From Carcharhinus amblyrhynchos (Eukaryota), in assembly GCA_965287045.1 (NCBI GenBank), contig OZ336873.1:102920001-102984000 (forward strand): a stretch of DNA of 64,000 nt, given 5' to 3'. Under the pieces are notes generated by a model. That model did not search any database. It worked only from the letters and a program-made list of their open reading frames with translations, and was not told the origin of the DNA. Of the stretch, positions 49,964 to 63,637 are shown in pieces. How positions within the stretch are numbered: position 1 is the stretch's first letter; each line of letters opens with the position of its first letter. The position numbers and the translations under genes are program-made.

Positions 49964-52210
49964 TGATGACAGCCAAACTAAGTCATCTATAAAGATAAGA
50001 CCTTGTGATCTATTAAAGGATGTAAAAGTGGTTGGAGAGCATGATTACTCAGTAAAAGGACCATTGCACATTTCAGGAACCACACTTCCAAAACGTTCAG
50101 AGGAGGAGGAGCAAAAAGGAGAAAAACTGGAACACGAACAGAATTAACTCATGGCTAAAGCACAATTTGTGTAGCTTTCTCGTATCTTCCAGCGCAGTGA
50201 CTAAACTGTTTACATATTAAGGCGAGAACAATAATACTGGAGTGACATTATGTCGCTCAGTTCATAATACACCTTAAGCATAACTGTCAATCATTGAAAA
50301 TACTCTCTGTAGCTAACCCTTCAGCAAGAATCACAACCGTCAATAGCAAGCTCACGAGGAATTCCCTGGCCTGCTGGGAGGGGAGGATTTATAACCAGTC
50401 ATGAACACAGGGATCCTCATTCTTAGCAGCAATTAGTTTAACACCCATGGGCCTCCTTGGGAACTCCAAACAACTCATCACATCATCAGTACAATCTGGT
50501 ACATTAAAACACGATTTGATGCCGATTTGTAAACATTATCATTATAGGGAAATGACTCACAATACAAGTGCAATTTAACATTGTGATTTATATATCTAGG
50601 TGTGAAATCTATATGTGAACTGGACATTGTAGTGAGACAGAAGGTTGAATCTAACTTCTTCTGGTGGTTGAGAATATAGCCATGAATTGTAGGGTGTGTT
50701 TATTTCTATGCCATTGAACTACCAGTGTGCAGTTGATCAAGAACTAAAGATGTACTGAAAGGCTGTTTTTATTGCTTAAATAGTTACCTTCACCATGCTG
50801 CTGTTATTTAGTTTCCAATTACCGCAACGAGGAATGATCAGAAATAAATGAGTTAGGTAGAGAACAAAGGTTCTGCATATAAATTGCAAAAGAGAAAGTT
50901 ACATCAAGATTGCTCCTGCACAGGTCTAATTTAGTAGAGTTGAAAAGAATGGGGACATGTTTAGTTTCTTAACACGCTAGCCTGGCCTGCTACATCTACT
51001 GATTTGGCGAATGAGGGTGTTATGGTTCAGGCTTTCCCTCAACATTTTGCCTCACTGACTTTCCTATTGTAATGTTGTGCATGGATGAGTTCATATTTAC
51101 TGCCAGAACAGGACTCTACGAGATTATTCAATCCACGAGGTCTCTGAAGGCAGAGCTGCCCATCATCCATAATTAAACAGTTCAGACAGTTACACTGAAG
51201 CCTGATGAGTAGGTGCTCATACTTCATCTGCTTTCTGAACACCTGTTAATACTGCTGCCATATACAGCCAAATTAGAACAAATCCTCTGTAACCAATTTC
51301 CCGACTGACCTGGTCTTGTCCCGTTTACAATTACACACAGAATTTTCCATTCCTGGCACAGAATTCTGGTATCGTGGAATTGGAGCCAACAGAATTTTTG
51401 ATGGAACTCAGGTTTTGGCCTTGTTCACAAAGCCATGGTAGATTTTGATTGGTGAAGATTGCAAGACGTGCTTTTTCTGCCTGCCCTCTAGCAACGTTTG
51501 GGGACATTGTTGCGTTATCCCAATAACCCCATTAAGATACATTTCCAATAGACTCAAGGGTAAATATATCTTGACAAAGGTCTCCCATTGGTTACTTATT
51601 TCTTTGTACTGATCGTCTCAGCTCAGATTGGATCTTGAACTTTATCTCCATAATGACACTACAACAAATAGCCCATGCTGGTTAAATGAGTGCCAGAGGA
51701 TGATTGGAGCAGTAGTAGGTGTGATTCTGGGCTGTATGTGGGCTCTATTCTTTGCTATCTTACAAATACCATAAATCAGACTTTTTTGTATTGTGAACTC
51801 AGAATCAAGTGGGCTAGTAACTGTATACAAAGTACATTATAGTTCATTATTGTACATCTAATATATCATGAAAAAATTAAGCTTCAAAACAATGTCAAAT
51901 GAAGGATATTGTGGCTGATTTGCATTCAAATCTGACGGTGGAAACCAAGTACATGACTATTTAAAATAGGCAGTCTACTTATCCTTTCAAAATTTGACTA
52001 TTTTAACTTTCAGGTAGTTGGATGCATCACTGTTTGAAGAAGGCAGCAGCACGAGTGTTTGCAAACTGAGGTATAATCTCATCAGAAGGAACTTTATTGA
52101 ATTTGAATATACTTTAGAATGAAATCTTTGATCTTCCAAAAACAATATATCTTGTCCTGCTGTCATCCTCACTTGAACTCTGTTACCCTGGATACCATAC
52201 CTGGTTTCCA

Positions 52211-52476
52211 CAGAATCTCTATAGTGCGGAAGGAGGCCATCCAGCACATCTCTGAAAGAGCATCTTACCCAGGCCCACTCCCACTGCTCTATCCCATGCA
52301 CTTACAGAGGCCAACCTATCTAACCTTTGGACTGTGGGAGGAAACCACAGCACCCAAAATAACCCCACGCAGGCACGTGGAGAATGTGCAAACTCCACAC
52401 ACAGTCACCTGAGGCTGGAATTGAGTCAGGAGTTGTAAGGCAGCTGTGCTTTAACAACTGTGCCAATATGCTGCCC
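52211..52476 (-). mobile_element. HE1-like V-SINE
   Basis: Reverse-complement head, V-domain (tttggactgtgggagga) and CR1-type tail. Confidence 0.85.
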
Positions 52477-52677
52477 TGGGAAGCTGATTCTTCTTGACAT
52501 ACAGTGCCAAGTAGAAGCAAGGTGGAACCTTTTTTATCTGGTATTATCAACACTTATATAATGCTCTGCACACAGTCGGGTTGAAAGTTATGCTGGCATT
52601 TTCTGATGGAGCTTTACTGAGCTCACCTCTCAAATAATCATTGAAAAGCTTTGCAATATTGCTCTGAAGACTTGCTC

Positions 52678-53003
52678 TAGAATCATAGAATCCAACACTG
52701 CAGAAGGAGGCCTTTCGGCCCATTGAGTCCACACCGACAACAATCCCACCCAGGCCCTATCCCTGTAATCCCTGATAATTCCTCTAACCTACTCATCCCA
52801 GGACACTAGGGGCAATTTAGCATGGTCAATCAATATAACCCGTACATCTTGGGACCGTGGGAGGAAACCGGAGCTCCCAGAGGAAACCCATGCAGACACG
52901 GGGAGAATGTGCAAATTCTACACAGACAGTGACCAAGCCAAGAATCGAACCCAGGTCCCTGGAGCTGCGAGACAGCAGTGTTAACCACTATACTACCATG
53001 CCG
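52678..53003 (-). mobile_element. HE1-like V-SINE
   Basis: tagaatcatagaatcc tail, V-domain and tRNA head on the minus strand. Confidence 0.9.
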
Positions 53004-54705
53004 TACATTCTACTAGAATAAAACAATAAATAAGAAGGATAATAATTTACATCAATAATACCGTTTGGGTCAATAGAGGAATATTTGGAAAACTCGTAAT
53101 TCTAAATGTTTTAGCGATATCTCGTTAGTTAATCACCAACATTACAGCATTTTATCTGTTCACAGTTGTGTCAATTAACCTTGGCACTTTTTTATGTTAA
53201 GCACATTAAGTAAATACTGGCTACTGGCATTGCCTCTGATAGTAAAATATATAAACTAGTACTGTTGAAGACTCCAGAATTCTCTTTGAGGGAGAATTTG
53301 TCTGGTGCCTCTGATCACGAGTGATTGCCAAAGTAAACAGCACCCAGCCAATAGCAAGTTCAGTTCAGAATTTGATGTCTTGCTGCAAGTCATGTTGTGG
53401 GCCCACACTAGATAATCCCTCAACATTGAGGAAGATTTGAATGTACTGTTAAAATTACAACTGAAAGGTTCACCAATTGTCCCCTTATAATTGCAATCAA
53501 AGTTAAGTTTCAAAATTCAGAACGTACAGACCATTGTTTCCAAATCCATCCTACGTTAGAAATGGGGCAGATTCAGCAGCAGTGAAAATGACCTGCATTA
53601 TCTATTGGACATACTTCTAGATAATAAATGGTGAATAAAGTACAAGTACTCTGTGGTTGGTTGTCTTTTAACTGTAATAAACATGACTAAAAACAAAAAA
53701 CTATGTTTAAATGGTGTCTTCACAAATGTTGATGAAGATGTTGATTTATGTGCATGAGAAAACCAAGAAAATTGCCACTGCTATATTATTAGGAACTTCT
53801 ATATAACACATTTATTAACCAACATTGTTAGTAACCTCATTTACAGCAGCATCACAAGAAACTTTTTCTTTTTTCTAACCTCGTCTCAATTTGAGGTTTG
53901 CTTGAAGATGACACAGCCATTACAATGCAAGCGTTAAACATTGCATTATGCCAAGGATATCAAAGAAAAACTTAAGTGCTTAAGGAGGAGATCCCAGAAT
54001 TTAATTGCTGATATCGACAGGTTGTTGCCCATTCAGTCACAACTGTGATTTGAAATTTTGCTATTGTTTCTTGCAACATTGTCTTCAGTGGTAATATTAG
54101 TTATAACGGCCATCCAAGTGGTGCCAGAGATGATGCACTTATATATACGCTTTCCAGGGTAAGTCCCTACACAAAATTGTTTACTCATTAGAGCCCAGAC
54201 ATATAAAGTTAAAGTAAGCAACAAAAGAAATGTAGACTCGAATTCTCCCATCCCGTCCGCCTCTGGAGTTTTAGAGGGCAGGTTGCAGAGAATGTGAAAA
54301 GCCATCGATGGTCGGATGGAGACTTCTGGCTTTTAGACCAGCGTGGCCGGAGAGTTCCACTCATATACTCCTGATCAGTATATAGACCTCTTGGGTGAGT
54401 GAAGTATCTGCTGAGGGGGTCGTCAGGTTTTAAGGAATCATTGCATCCTCCATTATTGAGATGCCAGCTAGAAATCAACTAAATGACCACAGGTATGACT
54501 TATAGAACATTAAAACGTATCTTAACATTTTTGTCAGATATTTAAGAGTTGTTATATTAGATTGTAATTATATTAGTTGTTAGGTATTTAAGAGTTGTTC
54601 CTTTCAATTTAAAATAACACAAAATGTTAAATCGGAGATGGAATGATGGTCACATTCGAGTGGAAAAGACATTAACGCATACAACCTTTTTTTTCTGTAT
54701 AAAAG

Positions 54706-54878
54706 GATTAGAGTTGCCATTCATGATGATGCCCCACCCCCTCATCCCTGTCAGCCTACCTCCTGCATCGGTTACCATGGCAATGAGCCAGATGAGTCAC
54801 CTCAGCACCATAGCTAACATGGCAGTGGCAGCCCAAATGCACAGTCCCCTTTCCCGAGCAGGAGCTTCTGTTATTAAG
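54706..54878 (+). CDS. DACH2: Dachshund homolog 2 internal coding exon (173 bp, phase 1/0)
   Basis: T-rich tract then aaaag|GA acceptor, and AAG|gtaagc donor. Translates to (G)LELPFMMMPHPLIPVSLPPASVTMAMSQMSHLSTIANMAVAAQMHSPLSRAGASVIK, a hallmark DACH segment. The QMHSPLSRAG portion is DACH2-like. Confidence 0.95.
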
Positions 54879-56023
54879 GTAAGCCTGAAATCATTGCAAT
54901 CTTTGTGTGGAAATAACTGGTAATTAGGATTTTGCTTTCCTTCGGAATCAATATCAAAACTGATGAACTGTTTTATTTCTCTGACGGCTATTCCACATCC
55001 AAATGTGGCCTGACTTTTTACTTGAGAATGATGGGAGTGAAAAACCTTAAAGCTCAAGGTTAAGTTGCACAGTAATAGAATACAGCACAAATCAATTGTA
55101 CCGTGTGCTGACCTGAAACATGCAGCCTGTAAACTTGACTTTCTATCCAGGGTACAGACAACTGCACGCACACATAAGCCTGATGCATAAAACAAACTGT
55201 TGGGCTTTTCCTAAAGGTGCAATGAAGAACAACAGTCAGATTTCAGTTCCCTTATCTATACTGAACCAGCCTTATATACATGGTGCAGTTAGATTTGAGA
55301 TAGTATGCTCGTGGTTTATCCTTATTGATGGTGGGTGTGCATGGGTGCAGTAGGCGTGGTGAGTGGAAAGATAGTGTTAGATATGCTTCAAATGGCTGAT
55401 AGCTTTCAATATTGTTTTTCATCTCAACTGCTGCTTTCACCTTACCACGACACACTTTGAAATTTTTGATTCTCCACCACTTGTTCTCTTCTTCATTTAA
55501 TTTACCTTTCTTAATTTGAGAATGGATAGTAACATGCCTAAACCTGCTATTCTGTAACTGACCCACAGGGGTGTGCAAGAGTACACCTGCAATTTCCTCC
55601 TTTTGGGTCCAGGAATAGGTGTACTACTATTTGAGGCAAACACTCGGTCATCAAAAGTTCTTAAAAGTCATTCCTTAAAAGAAGGAAAATCTAGGGAAAG
55701 ACTTCCAGTATAACCGTTCCCCAGCCACCTGGATAATTTGAAATAGAAGAACACTTTCCGAGGAATCTTTTCCATTTAGTGACCCTTTTCAAGTACTCCC
55801 ATCGCTGTCCTGATGCGAGCATTAGATATCTGCCCATGACTCCTTGTAGTGAAGCATAATTTAGCACTTTAGACAGATCCAGGAGGTTGAACTAGTAAAA
55901 GTAAAAGTTGAATGTACACCAATACCTAACGAGGTTACTGGGATTTTCCAGCTTGGAAGGTTCAATTTCGACCCCTGTATGAAGTGTCAATATACAAGTT
56001 TGTGGATAAAATTGTTTCAAGCT

Positions 56024-56562
56024 ACAAGACCACAAGACATAGGAACAAAAGTAGGTCATTCGGCCCATTGAGTCTGCTTTGCCATTCAGGGAGATCATGT
56101 CTGATCTGATCCACTTTCACCTCATAACCCTTGATTCCCTTACTGATTAAAAATCTGTCTATCTCAGCCTTGAACAACTTTAACAACCCAGCCTCTACAG
56201 CTCTCTGTGCTAAAGAATTCCACAGATTCACGATCTCCCCCAAGAAAAGAAATTCCTCCTCACTTCTATCTTTAATCATTGACCCCTTGCTCAGAGAATA
56301 TAGCCTTTGATTCTAAACTCTCCCAAAAGGGAAACAACCTCTCAGCATCTAACCTGTGAAGCCTCCTGGGAATCCTATAAGTCTTAATAAGGTCACCTCT
56401 CATTCTTCTAAACTCAAATGAGTACAGGCTCAACCACTTGTTCACATAAGAAAATTGCTCCCTACCCAAGATCAACCCATTGAACTTTCACTGGGCTGCC
56501 TCCAATACCAGCATTTCTTTCCTTAGATAAAAGGGACCAAACTGTTCACAGTATTCCAGCTG
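56024..56562 (-). mobile_element. CR1 LINE 3' fragment
   Basis: LSLYSFEFRRMRGDLIKTYRI and VNLWNSLAQRAVEAGLLKLFKAEIDRFLISKGIKGY on the minus strand. Confidence 0.9.
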
Positions 56563-57989
56563 TGTGGTCAATCCGTGGTAAACATATCTGCAACATAGTT
56601 CCGGGTTTGGGCAAAGTCAAAAATGGTCAGATTCCATAGGAGAGAACTTTGGTTATATTGAAGTTATCGCTCAAACGCGCATTCAATTTTATTTATAAAT
56701 AACTCACTATATACTGAAAATGTTCCCCCTTGGCCTTTTCTTCATTGTTTTCTTAATTAAGCTACTGAATATTGAATGGGCAGTTTGCACTCCATCAATC
56801 ACATCAAGAGTTGATAGACTTTGAACACAATTATTAATGGCAAGGAAGCAACACCTCATGAGTTGTGACTTGTCATTAGTTGCTGGACAATTTGCTTTGC
56901 TCTATCATTAACATTGCGAAAATGGCAACTTTCCCTTAAAATTGCTGTGAATTGCATGAAGTTGCGATATTTCTTCATTAATTATCCATTAAACTCTCAT
57001 AGAACATGAAGTCTAGTAATCAGAAGCATAAGTATACTTTTGGTGTTGGAGTTAATCATTGCCTATCAACCTTCCCGGACTAGAAAGTAAAAAACTTTGA
57101 AGCCTTGTTCTTTCATGCAGTAAAGTGCTGTTAGAGATTTTAAAATTTTTATTCTTTTTTCTTTTGTTTCCTTGGTATCTCTTTTCTCTTCTTAAATCAA
57201 TTCTTTGTTTCCCTTTCTGTACCTGATATAACATTAAATTCACTTGCTGCAACTGACCCTCCTCCTCGATTCTTTCTCTGTCCGTTTCTCATTCCCATCA
57301 CCAAGCTCCCAGATACCCTGTTTTCCTCCCCATGTCATTGTCAACTTGCACTGCCAACAACTTACAGGGCTAAACATTTATGAGCTGAGGAGGGGGGAAG
57401 AGATCTGATTAAATATGCAACACTGAGATGTTCCACTCAAGGAAATTTTGGTCAATGTCTATTTCCAAATTTACTACATTAAGCCAATAATTCATTTTTA
57501 TTATAGATTAGAACTTTTGGGAGAAAAATCAACTTTCTTCATGACAATTTGTCTTTATAAAGGAGCTGCTGTGCTAACTATTCATTGAGAATTCAAGCCA
57601 TAACCTAATTGAACACTGGTTATTGAGCTGTGGAATGATGAAGGCTGCAGTTCATTATGGTTTGTGCCCAGCTGAGCAGGGTTGGAGCTGTAACTGTTGG
57701 CTGTTATAGTCTACAGTTTCATGACTAAAGGTTCTGGACAACTGCACAATCCTCCACCTCATGGAGGATGATGCAGTTATGTCATCAATTTATTGCATAT
57801 CTTGTGACAGAATTGCATCAAGAATCTGCAGTGGCCATTTCTTTCAAAGAATCGTTAGGAGGTGGTTACCTTCTGAACCCTCCCTGCTCTCCCTCTTCCT
57901 CTCCCCATTGGTCTTTCGGGCTTTTGTTACTTGTGGCTGGGGATGACTTAAGTGTATCTTCAAATGCTTTTTTTTCCCTTTGAAGTATA

Positions 57990-58150
57990 GTGGGGAAATG
58001 ATGGAAGGATTCCCAAACTGTTTTATCAGCCAATTTAATCACATTATAAATGCTCCTTCTACGGCTAAAAAGTCCTGGCACTGGACTTGACCCCGGAACT
58101 TCTGGTCCAGAGGTAGGGATACTACTAATGTGTGTGGTGCAAGACCTCCT
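57990..58150 (-). mobile_element. tRNA-derived SINE head fragment
   Basis: Reverse complement tagtagtatccctacctctggaccagaagttccggggtcaagtcc is tRNA-like with a B box. Confidence 0.45.
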
Positions 58151-58178
58151 TGCCAGGAGGCTTTTGGGCATTCTGAAG

Positions 58179-58195
58179 TTGCCAGCAGGGGGCAC
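58179..58195 (+). promoter_or_regulatory. Candidate CTCF-binding site
   Basis: TTGCCAGCAGGGGGCAC closely matches the CTCF core consensus CC[A/G][C/G][C/T]AG[A/G][G/T]GGC. Confidence 0.45.
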
Positions 58196-60267
58196 AAGAG
58201 AGCATCCAGTTTTTCATCTTTGTCTTCATCAGGCCACAAATCCAATGTGCAAAGTTTAACATTGCACCATTCCAGCTATATAAGTATCAATAGAAAGGCT
58301 GCATACAAGGAAAATACAGCAATTCCGGGGAAAAAAATCCACAGCTTTAGTTTTTAAGTGGGATGACCTTATTGTTTTGCCTTTGTGAACATTGCGACGC
58401 AATAAAAAGGTAGTTTCTTCTTGCAAAGCAATGGTTCAAACCTCCATTAAAATAACAGACTCATTGGTAACATTCATATGATAACATTACTGAGTAATTG
58501 TCAGGCTAAAGCATTTGACAGTTGGCAATTTTTGAAAGTGGAAATAGTTCATTTTCTTTCAACCTGCTGAGAGTATGACATGGAAACCAAATCACAGCAT
58601 TCAGAACATTTTGCAGTACAGAAGGTGTTTCCTGCAGAGACAGGAAGTAATGTTGCAAGCTTTTGGAGAATAGCATCATTGCTAGAAGCGCAAAGATAAT
58701 ACCATTGCCTTAACCTTTATAAACCTGTCACAACTGGTACTGGCTGCTATGATAGCTGGACACAAAAAAATAAAACCACCACTATCTGCAATGGGAAGTG
58801 ACCTTTTTATCCAAGATCATTATTAGGGGTGAGCTGCCCTTTACCTATGACAGGGCTAATACTGGCATAATAACCTTTACATCGTTAGGAGTCCTGCTGG
58901 GAGAAATGAATACCATTTTCTTTAGTCAGGCAATCATATCCTTCTGATGAGATGCTAAATTAAAGTCCAGTCTTTCTACTCTGTTGTTGGACAATAAAGC
59001 TCAATTCCATTTAGTGCAGACCGTTTTCAAATGTTCTGGTCAAACACTCCTCTCTCAATATCATAAAATTAAATGCATCAGCCCACTATCTATTTCATTG
59101 TTTTCTTTTGTAGGGCAATGCTGGCATAGAATGGATGCTAAAGTCCAAAAGTAATTCACTGTGTGAAATGTTCTCTGACATTGGTGATACACACAATGTT
59201 TGTCATTATATCGTGGATCACAATGTTTTACCAGTATAAACCAATGCAATATTCATGCATCTTTTCTGGCTGTTCGTACCTGAGAAAATAAATATGGATA
59301 AACACATTTGACATTTCTTTTCCTCTTCAGTACAGCGAGATAGTTTCACACGTGTATGATTACTTTCATCATTAAACTCTCATTGCTTGGTTTAATGTCA
59401 TACCATTAGTCACTTGATTTATTTAGCAAATGATATAGTTACTTATCAGATTTAAAACAGGCTTCCACAGGATAGTAGTTACCTAATGAGGCACTGCTTG
59501 TAGGGCTTGAGTAACAGAATGCATGTCGACTCATTAGCTCACTGACTGATAATAGGTTTGTTTAGTTACATGCTTAAGCACAATTCCTAAACTAGTCATG
59601 CCTAAAATAGATAACAAGGCATTAAAATAGCTACCTAGTCTCAGATTTAAATGTTCCCCAAGGGCCTGATGTTTTATTTTGTGACGCAGAGTCCCACTTC
59701 TTAAATTTTTAAAAAGTTTGTTTCCTCCCATTTCCCTGTTAATTTTCTCAAGGTCCCACACACTTGAGGCAGCTAGCTGAAATATTACCTGGATGTTACT
59801 CAGGAATGAATGTCTGCCGTGAATGCTAGCAGCTTGTTTGACAGTGACTGTGCACAGCAGAATTCAATTCCATCCTCGTCCCATGTTTAAACACAGATAT
59901 CTGGACGGTGATCAGGAGCAGTATTTCCTATTCTAAGCAAGGACTGCTGAGATCAAGTGCAGTGGCCCCATGATTGGCCAACTCTGTATCGGGTCCGAGT
60001 GTCAGCATGCCTGACTTCTAAGATGCAATTACTCTCTGGCTTAAACAGCTAAATCATCGGAATCGCGATTTGTATCGTTTTGGCTCAGTTGCCAGCAGGC
60101 TCTTCACTTTGACTGTTTGGATTGGAGCTCCGCCTCCAGAATTTGAGGGTAAAATTTAGACAAAGTGGGGGGCAGGCGGGTGCTGCACTGTTCAAGGCTC
60201 CATCGGCCTACTCCGTTGGCTTAGGCGGGGTTTTAAGATCTTACAACTACTATTACAAGAGAAACAA

Positions 60268-60360
60268 AAAGCCCTCAGTGTCCTGGCCCATCACCACAAA
60301 CAGATTAGCTGGTTAGTCATTTCATTGTTATTTGGAGGTTCTTGCTGGAAGACAAATTAG
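60268..60360 (+). mobile_element. Deu-domain SINE relic
   Basis: cagtgtcctggcc...catcac...aaacagatta.ctggt...tcattgttatttggagg.tcttgctg resembles the Deu domain. A similar relic is at ~58940-59060. Confidence 0.45.
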
Positions 60361-62722
60361 ACGTGATGAGGTATGAAATAAATGCAAGTCTTTTGTTTGA
60401 AGCACAGGATAGATTTAGACCTGGATTCAGAGACAGCTGCAAACCACTTTGGGGACATGGCCATTGCACTTAGTTTATTTTGGAAAAGGGAAATTCTTAG
60501 CTCAGATTGAGATTTGTGTTTCTCTAACAAGGAGTTGCTATGATGCATGAAGGAACAAGGTCTTGTACTAGAACGAAAGATAGAAATTTAAAGTGGTTAA
60601 AGTTTTAATTAGCTAAAACATTCTATTAAATAATAGAACCTATGCAGTCTATGTTAAGTATTTAGTGCACTACCCCTTTAAGGTTAGGTACACTAGCGGT
60701 TTTCATATTTAAATTGCTAGAATGTGAGACTCTATCAGGGATTAGCACCTGCTTACTGGCCAGATAGTTTATTAAAATAACACCATTTACTAATGCAATT
60801 TATTTTATACCCATTCAGGATATTTGTGCCAAATAGTCAGTTAGTTCATTCTGCTTAAACTCTGCTTATTTCCTGTGAGGGTCAAAAGGGTCATGATGAA
60901 AACACATGACCTCACTCCTTTTGTTGGCTGTGCATTACTTGGAGAAACTTCTTTACTGAACACTATTTGTAGTAAATGGAGCATAGAATGAACACATATT
61001 GGTTATGTTTGTTATTACACGGTGGGGATTTGATTTCATCCTTTTATGACTCAAAATTAACTTTTGCATTCCCGGGTTTGCTGCTGTGAGCAGGAGTTAA
61101 CCCTTAGTTCTCCAACAGCTTTGGGGAATTCCAGTTTCCTCTGGTTGAAACATTTAAAAGTACATTCAGCTTACATTGAAATAAAGCTTGGGTGTTAAGA
61201 GTAACTTAAAAAACACACAGGATGCAATCAAGAATCCGTTTTAAATAATTTTACTGGCTCTGTCTTCTTCTCTTCATCCTCTTTTACCTTGATCTATCCA
61301 AGGATGAAGTAAGGGTCTCAGACTGGGGAAAACCCATTCATGAACCCTCTGCACACACAGACAGAGAACAACTAAAATCTTGTTATTGTGTAGAGAACCT
61401 CCCTCACAACTTGAGTGTCCCACCTCTTACTTTCTGCCCCCGCCTTCCTCGCCTCTCTCATGGTTAACTTCTCTCTGAACTTTTCCCTTCTTCTTTGTCC
61501 GAAGCTCCGACTACAGTGTAGAAATTTGATTTCCTCCACCTCCTCCTCTCCATCAATCCAGATTTCTACACTTTTTCTCAGGACATCGAAACAGTTGGTG
61601 TCCTTACCTCTCTCAGATTTCTGCTCCTCCTGTGATCCTTATGGTTTTAGAGTGTATAATGGAGGCCACTTGATCACTACTTCCAAATTAGCTTCACCTT
61701 CCCTTGCACTATTTTCAGCCTCAGTGGTGTCACATGATATTGGCCTTCATTTCAGTTACTCAATTTTATTTCTAACTAATATAACCATTTCATTTCAAAT
61801 TTAAAATGCCCTTTTTGCAAGCTTCCTCAATCGCATCATGCATTTGGAGGTGAGACCCAATTGGAAACCGTTGGCTTCTCCCTGACTGGGAATTGGCTCT
61901 GGGAGTTCTATCCATCAAATCCAGGATGTTGTTATGGGTGTGAAATAAGCCAATTCTGACTAACTTCACCCACAGCTGAACGATGTCTGACCAAAGCCTG
62001 ACTGCAGCAACTTTAGGCATCAAGCTTGTTCAGGTTTGACAACACCATTCTCAAAAAATGCCATTTTCTTTGTAGAATCATTTCAGCTGTAATGCAAATT
62101 AGCCTTCCCTTTATCTAGACAAAATCTTCATTTTTCTCCGTCTGAAAAATATGAAGATCCATTTTCTGTGAAACATCCATCTAAACAGTTTCACGTGTGG
62201 TTTGTGAAAGCTATGTTAAACAACTGCTTTGTGTGGTATCTCTGTCACATTATTCATTTTTCCCCCTAACTCCCCACTATTGCCTCTATTTTTCGCCTTC
62301 AGCCATTTCAATGGAAGATTGCAAACATAGGATTTAAATGTTGTGCTGTGTGTTGAGTCAGAGTTGCCCATCTGTGGGGAGGATTTTCTTCTTAAAATGG
62401 AGCAATTCATTTCTAACCAAGCCTCCATCCTGCAGGTTCCCAAAAATTGCTGATTTTCTTTCCCCTCATCGAAGGCACCAGAGTTCAAATGTCAGATTGG
62501 CATTCACATTTTTATATTTTTGGGAGTCCCACACGAGCTCACAAATCACTGAGCAGTGTTCATTGATTAACTTTACTTTCACTCAGAAATATTATATTAG
62601 CCCTTTCGCACATGCAGGGTGTTTATGTTTTTGGATTTACTCATGTTGGTATCCAGGCTATATGGACCACAAAGTATTGGAAATGGAAATAATTCACTAC
62701 ATTAAACGATCACACTAAGTGC

Positions 62723-63058
62723 GAGTCTTCCTGCTCAGAAAGGACAGTAGGACTAGGGGGCACAGCCTCAAGATAAAGGGGGGGGCGGTTTAGAACGGAG
62801 TTGAGGAGGAACTTCTTCACTCAAAGGGTGGTGAATCTCTGGAATTCTCTGCCCGTTGAAATGGTAGAGGCTGCCTCGCTAAATATTTTTAAGACGCGGG
62901 TTGATGGGTTTTTGATAAGCGAGGGGATTAAGGGTTATGGGGAGAGGGCGGGAATGTGGAACTGAGCCACGACAGATCAGCCATGATCTTACTGAATGGC
63001 GGGGCAGGCTCGAAGGGCTAGATGGCCTCCTCCTGCTCCTATTTCTTATGTTCTTATG
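62723..63058 (+). mobile_element. Young CR1 LINE 3' end
   Basis: Nearly identical to 44080-44411, same (TTCTTATG)n tail. Confidence 0.93.
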
Positions 63059-63501
63059 AGTATGATAAAGGATGTTACGTTTCATATCTGAATTATAAAA
63101 TGGGATCAGTAAACTTTGATAAATAAATTATTTTTCAATACAGATGTTTTATAGTGTTGTAGGTAAATTGATGCCTTTGGGATGTGTTAATGGTAAATAA
63201 TTTATTGACTAGATTTAAATACAAGTGAGCAGAAAGTACCCAAATGATCATTTAATAAAGAACATAATATTTTGATTTGACCTGTATTTGAGTAGAAATA
63301 TGTTGAAATGTTTAAATGTTTAATGACAGTATTTTCCACAGTAACATCAGTAGTAAGAAAATATTTAAGTATGTATATACAAACGTGAATGAATAATGAA
63401 AATTAACCTTGTATTTCGGAATGTAGGGAATGCCACTACAAGCCAGTAAAGATTACACTCATCTACTTGGACAACCTCTTGAATTTTTGTTCTGCCACCA
63501 G

Positions 63502-63637
63502 GAGCGGGTTCATAATAGCCCATCCCCAGCACCGTCCCTTGAAGACAGTCACCGGCCTGGAAGTCACCCCTCTTCACACCAGAGCAGCAGTGTGTCTAGC
63601 TCACCATCCCAACATGACATTGCCTCTGACAGAATAT
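63502..63637 (+). CDS. DACH2: Dachshund homolog 2 internal coding exon (136 bp, phase 0/1)
   Basis: Acceptor ttttgttctgccaccag|GAG and donor ATAT|gtaagc. Translates to ERVHNSPSPAPSLEDSHRPGSHPSSHQSSSVSSSPSQHDIASDRI, matching the DACH ER..SPSPAPSLEE..RPGS..SSH.SSSVSSSP segment. The phase is compatible with the upstream exon. Confidence 0.94.

Noticed and set aside
58200-58240. Minus-strand CUGAUGAAG...GAAA as a second hammerhead
   Set aside because: Stem II (GAC-AAA-GAU) does not pair, and no NUH plus stem I arrangement follows.
5504-63637. Assigning the host gene to DACH1
   Set aside because: KLQKLKL, GNGSQNGTESE and QMHSPLSRAG match recalled DACH2, and the first exon lacks the DACH1 poly-Ala expansion. 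A phylogeny or synteny check would still be needed to exclude another shark paralog.
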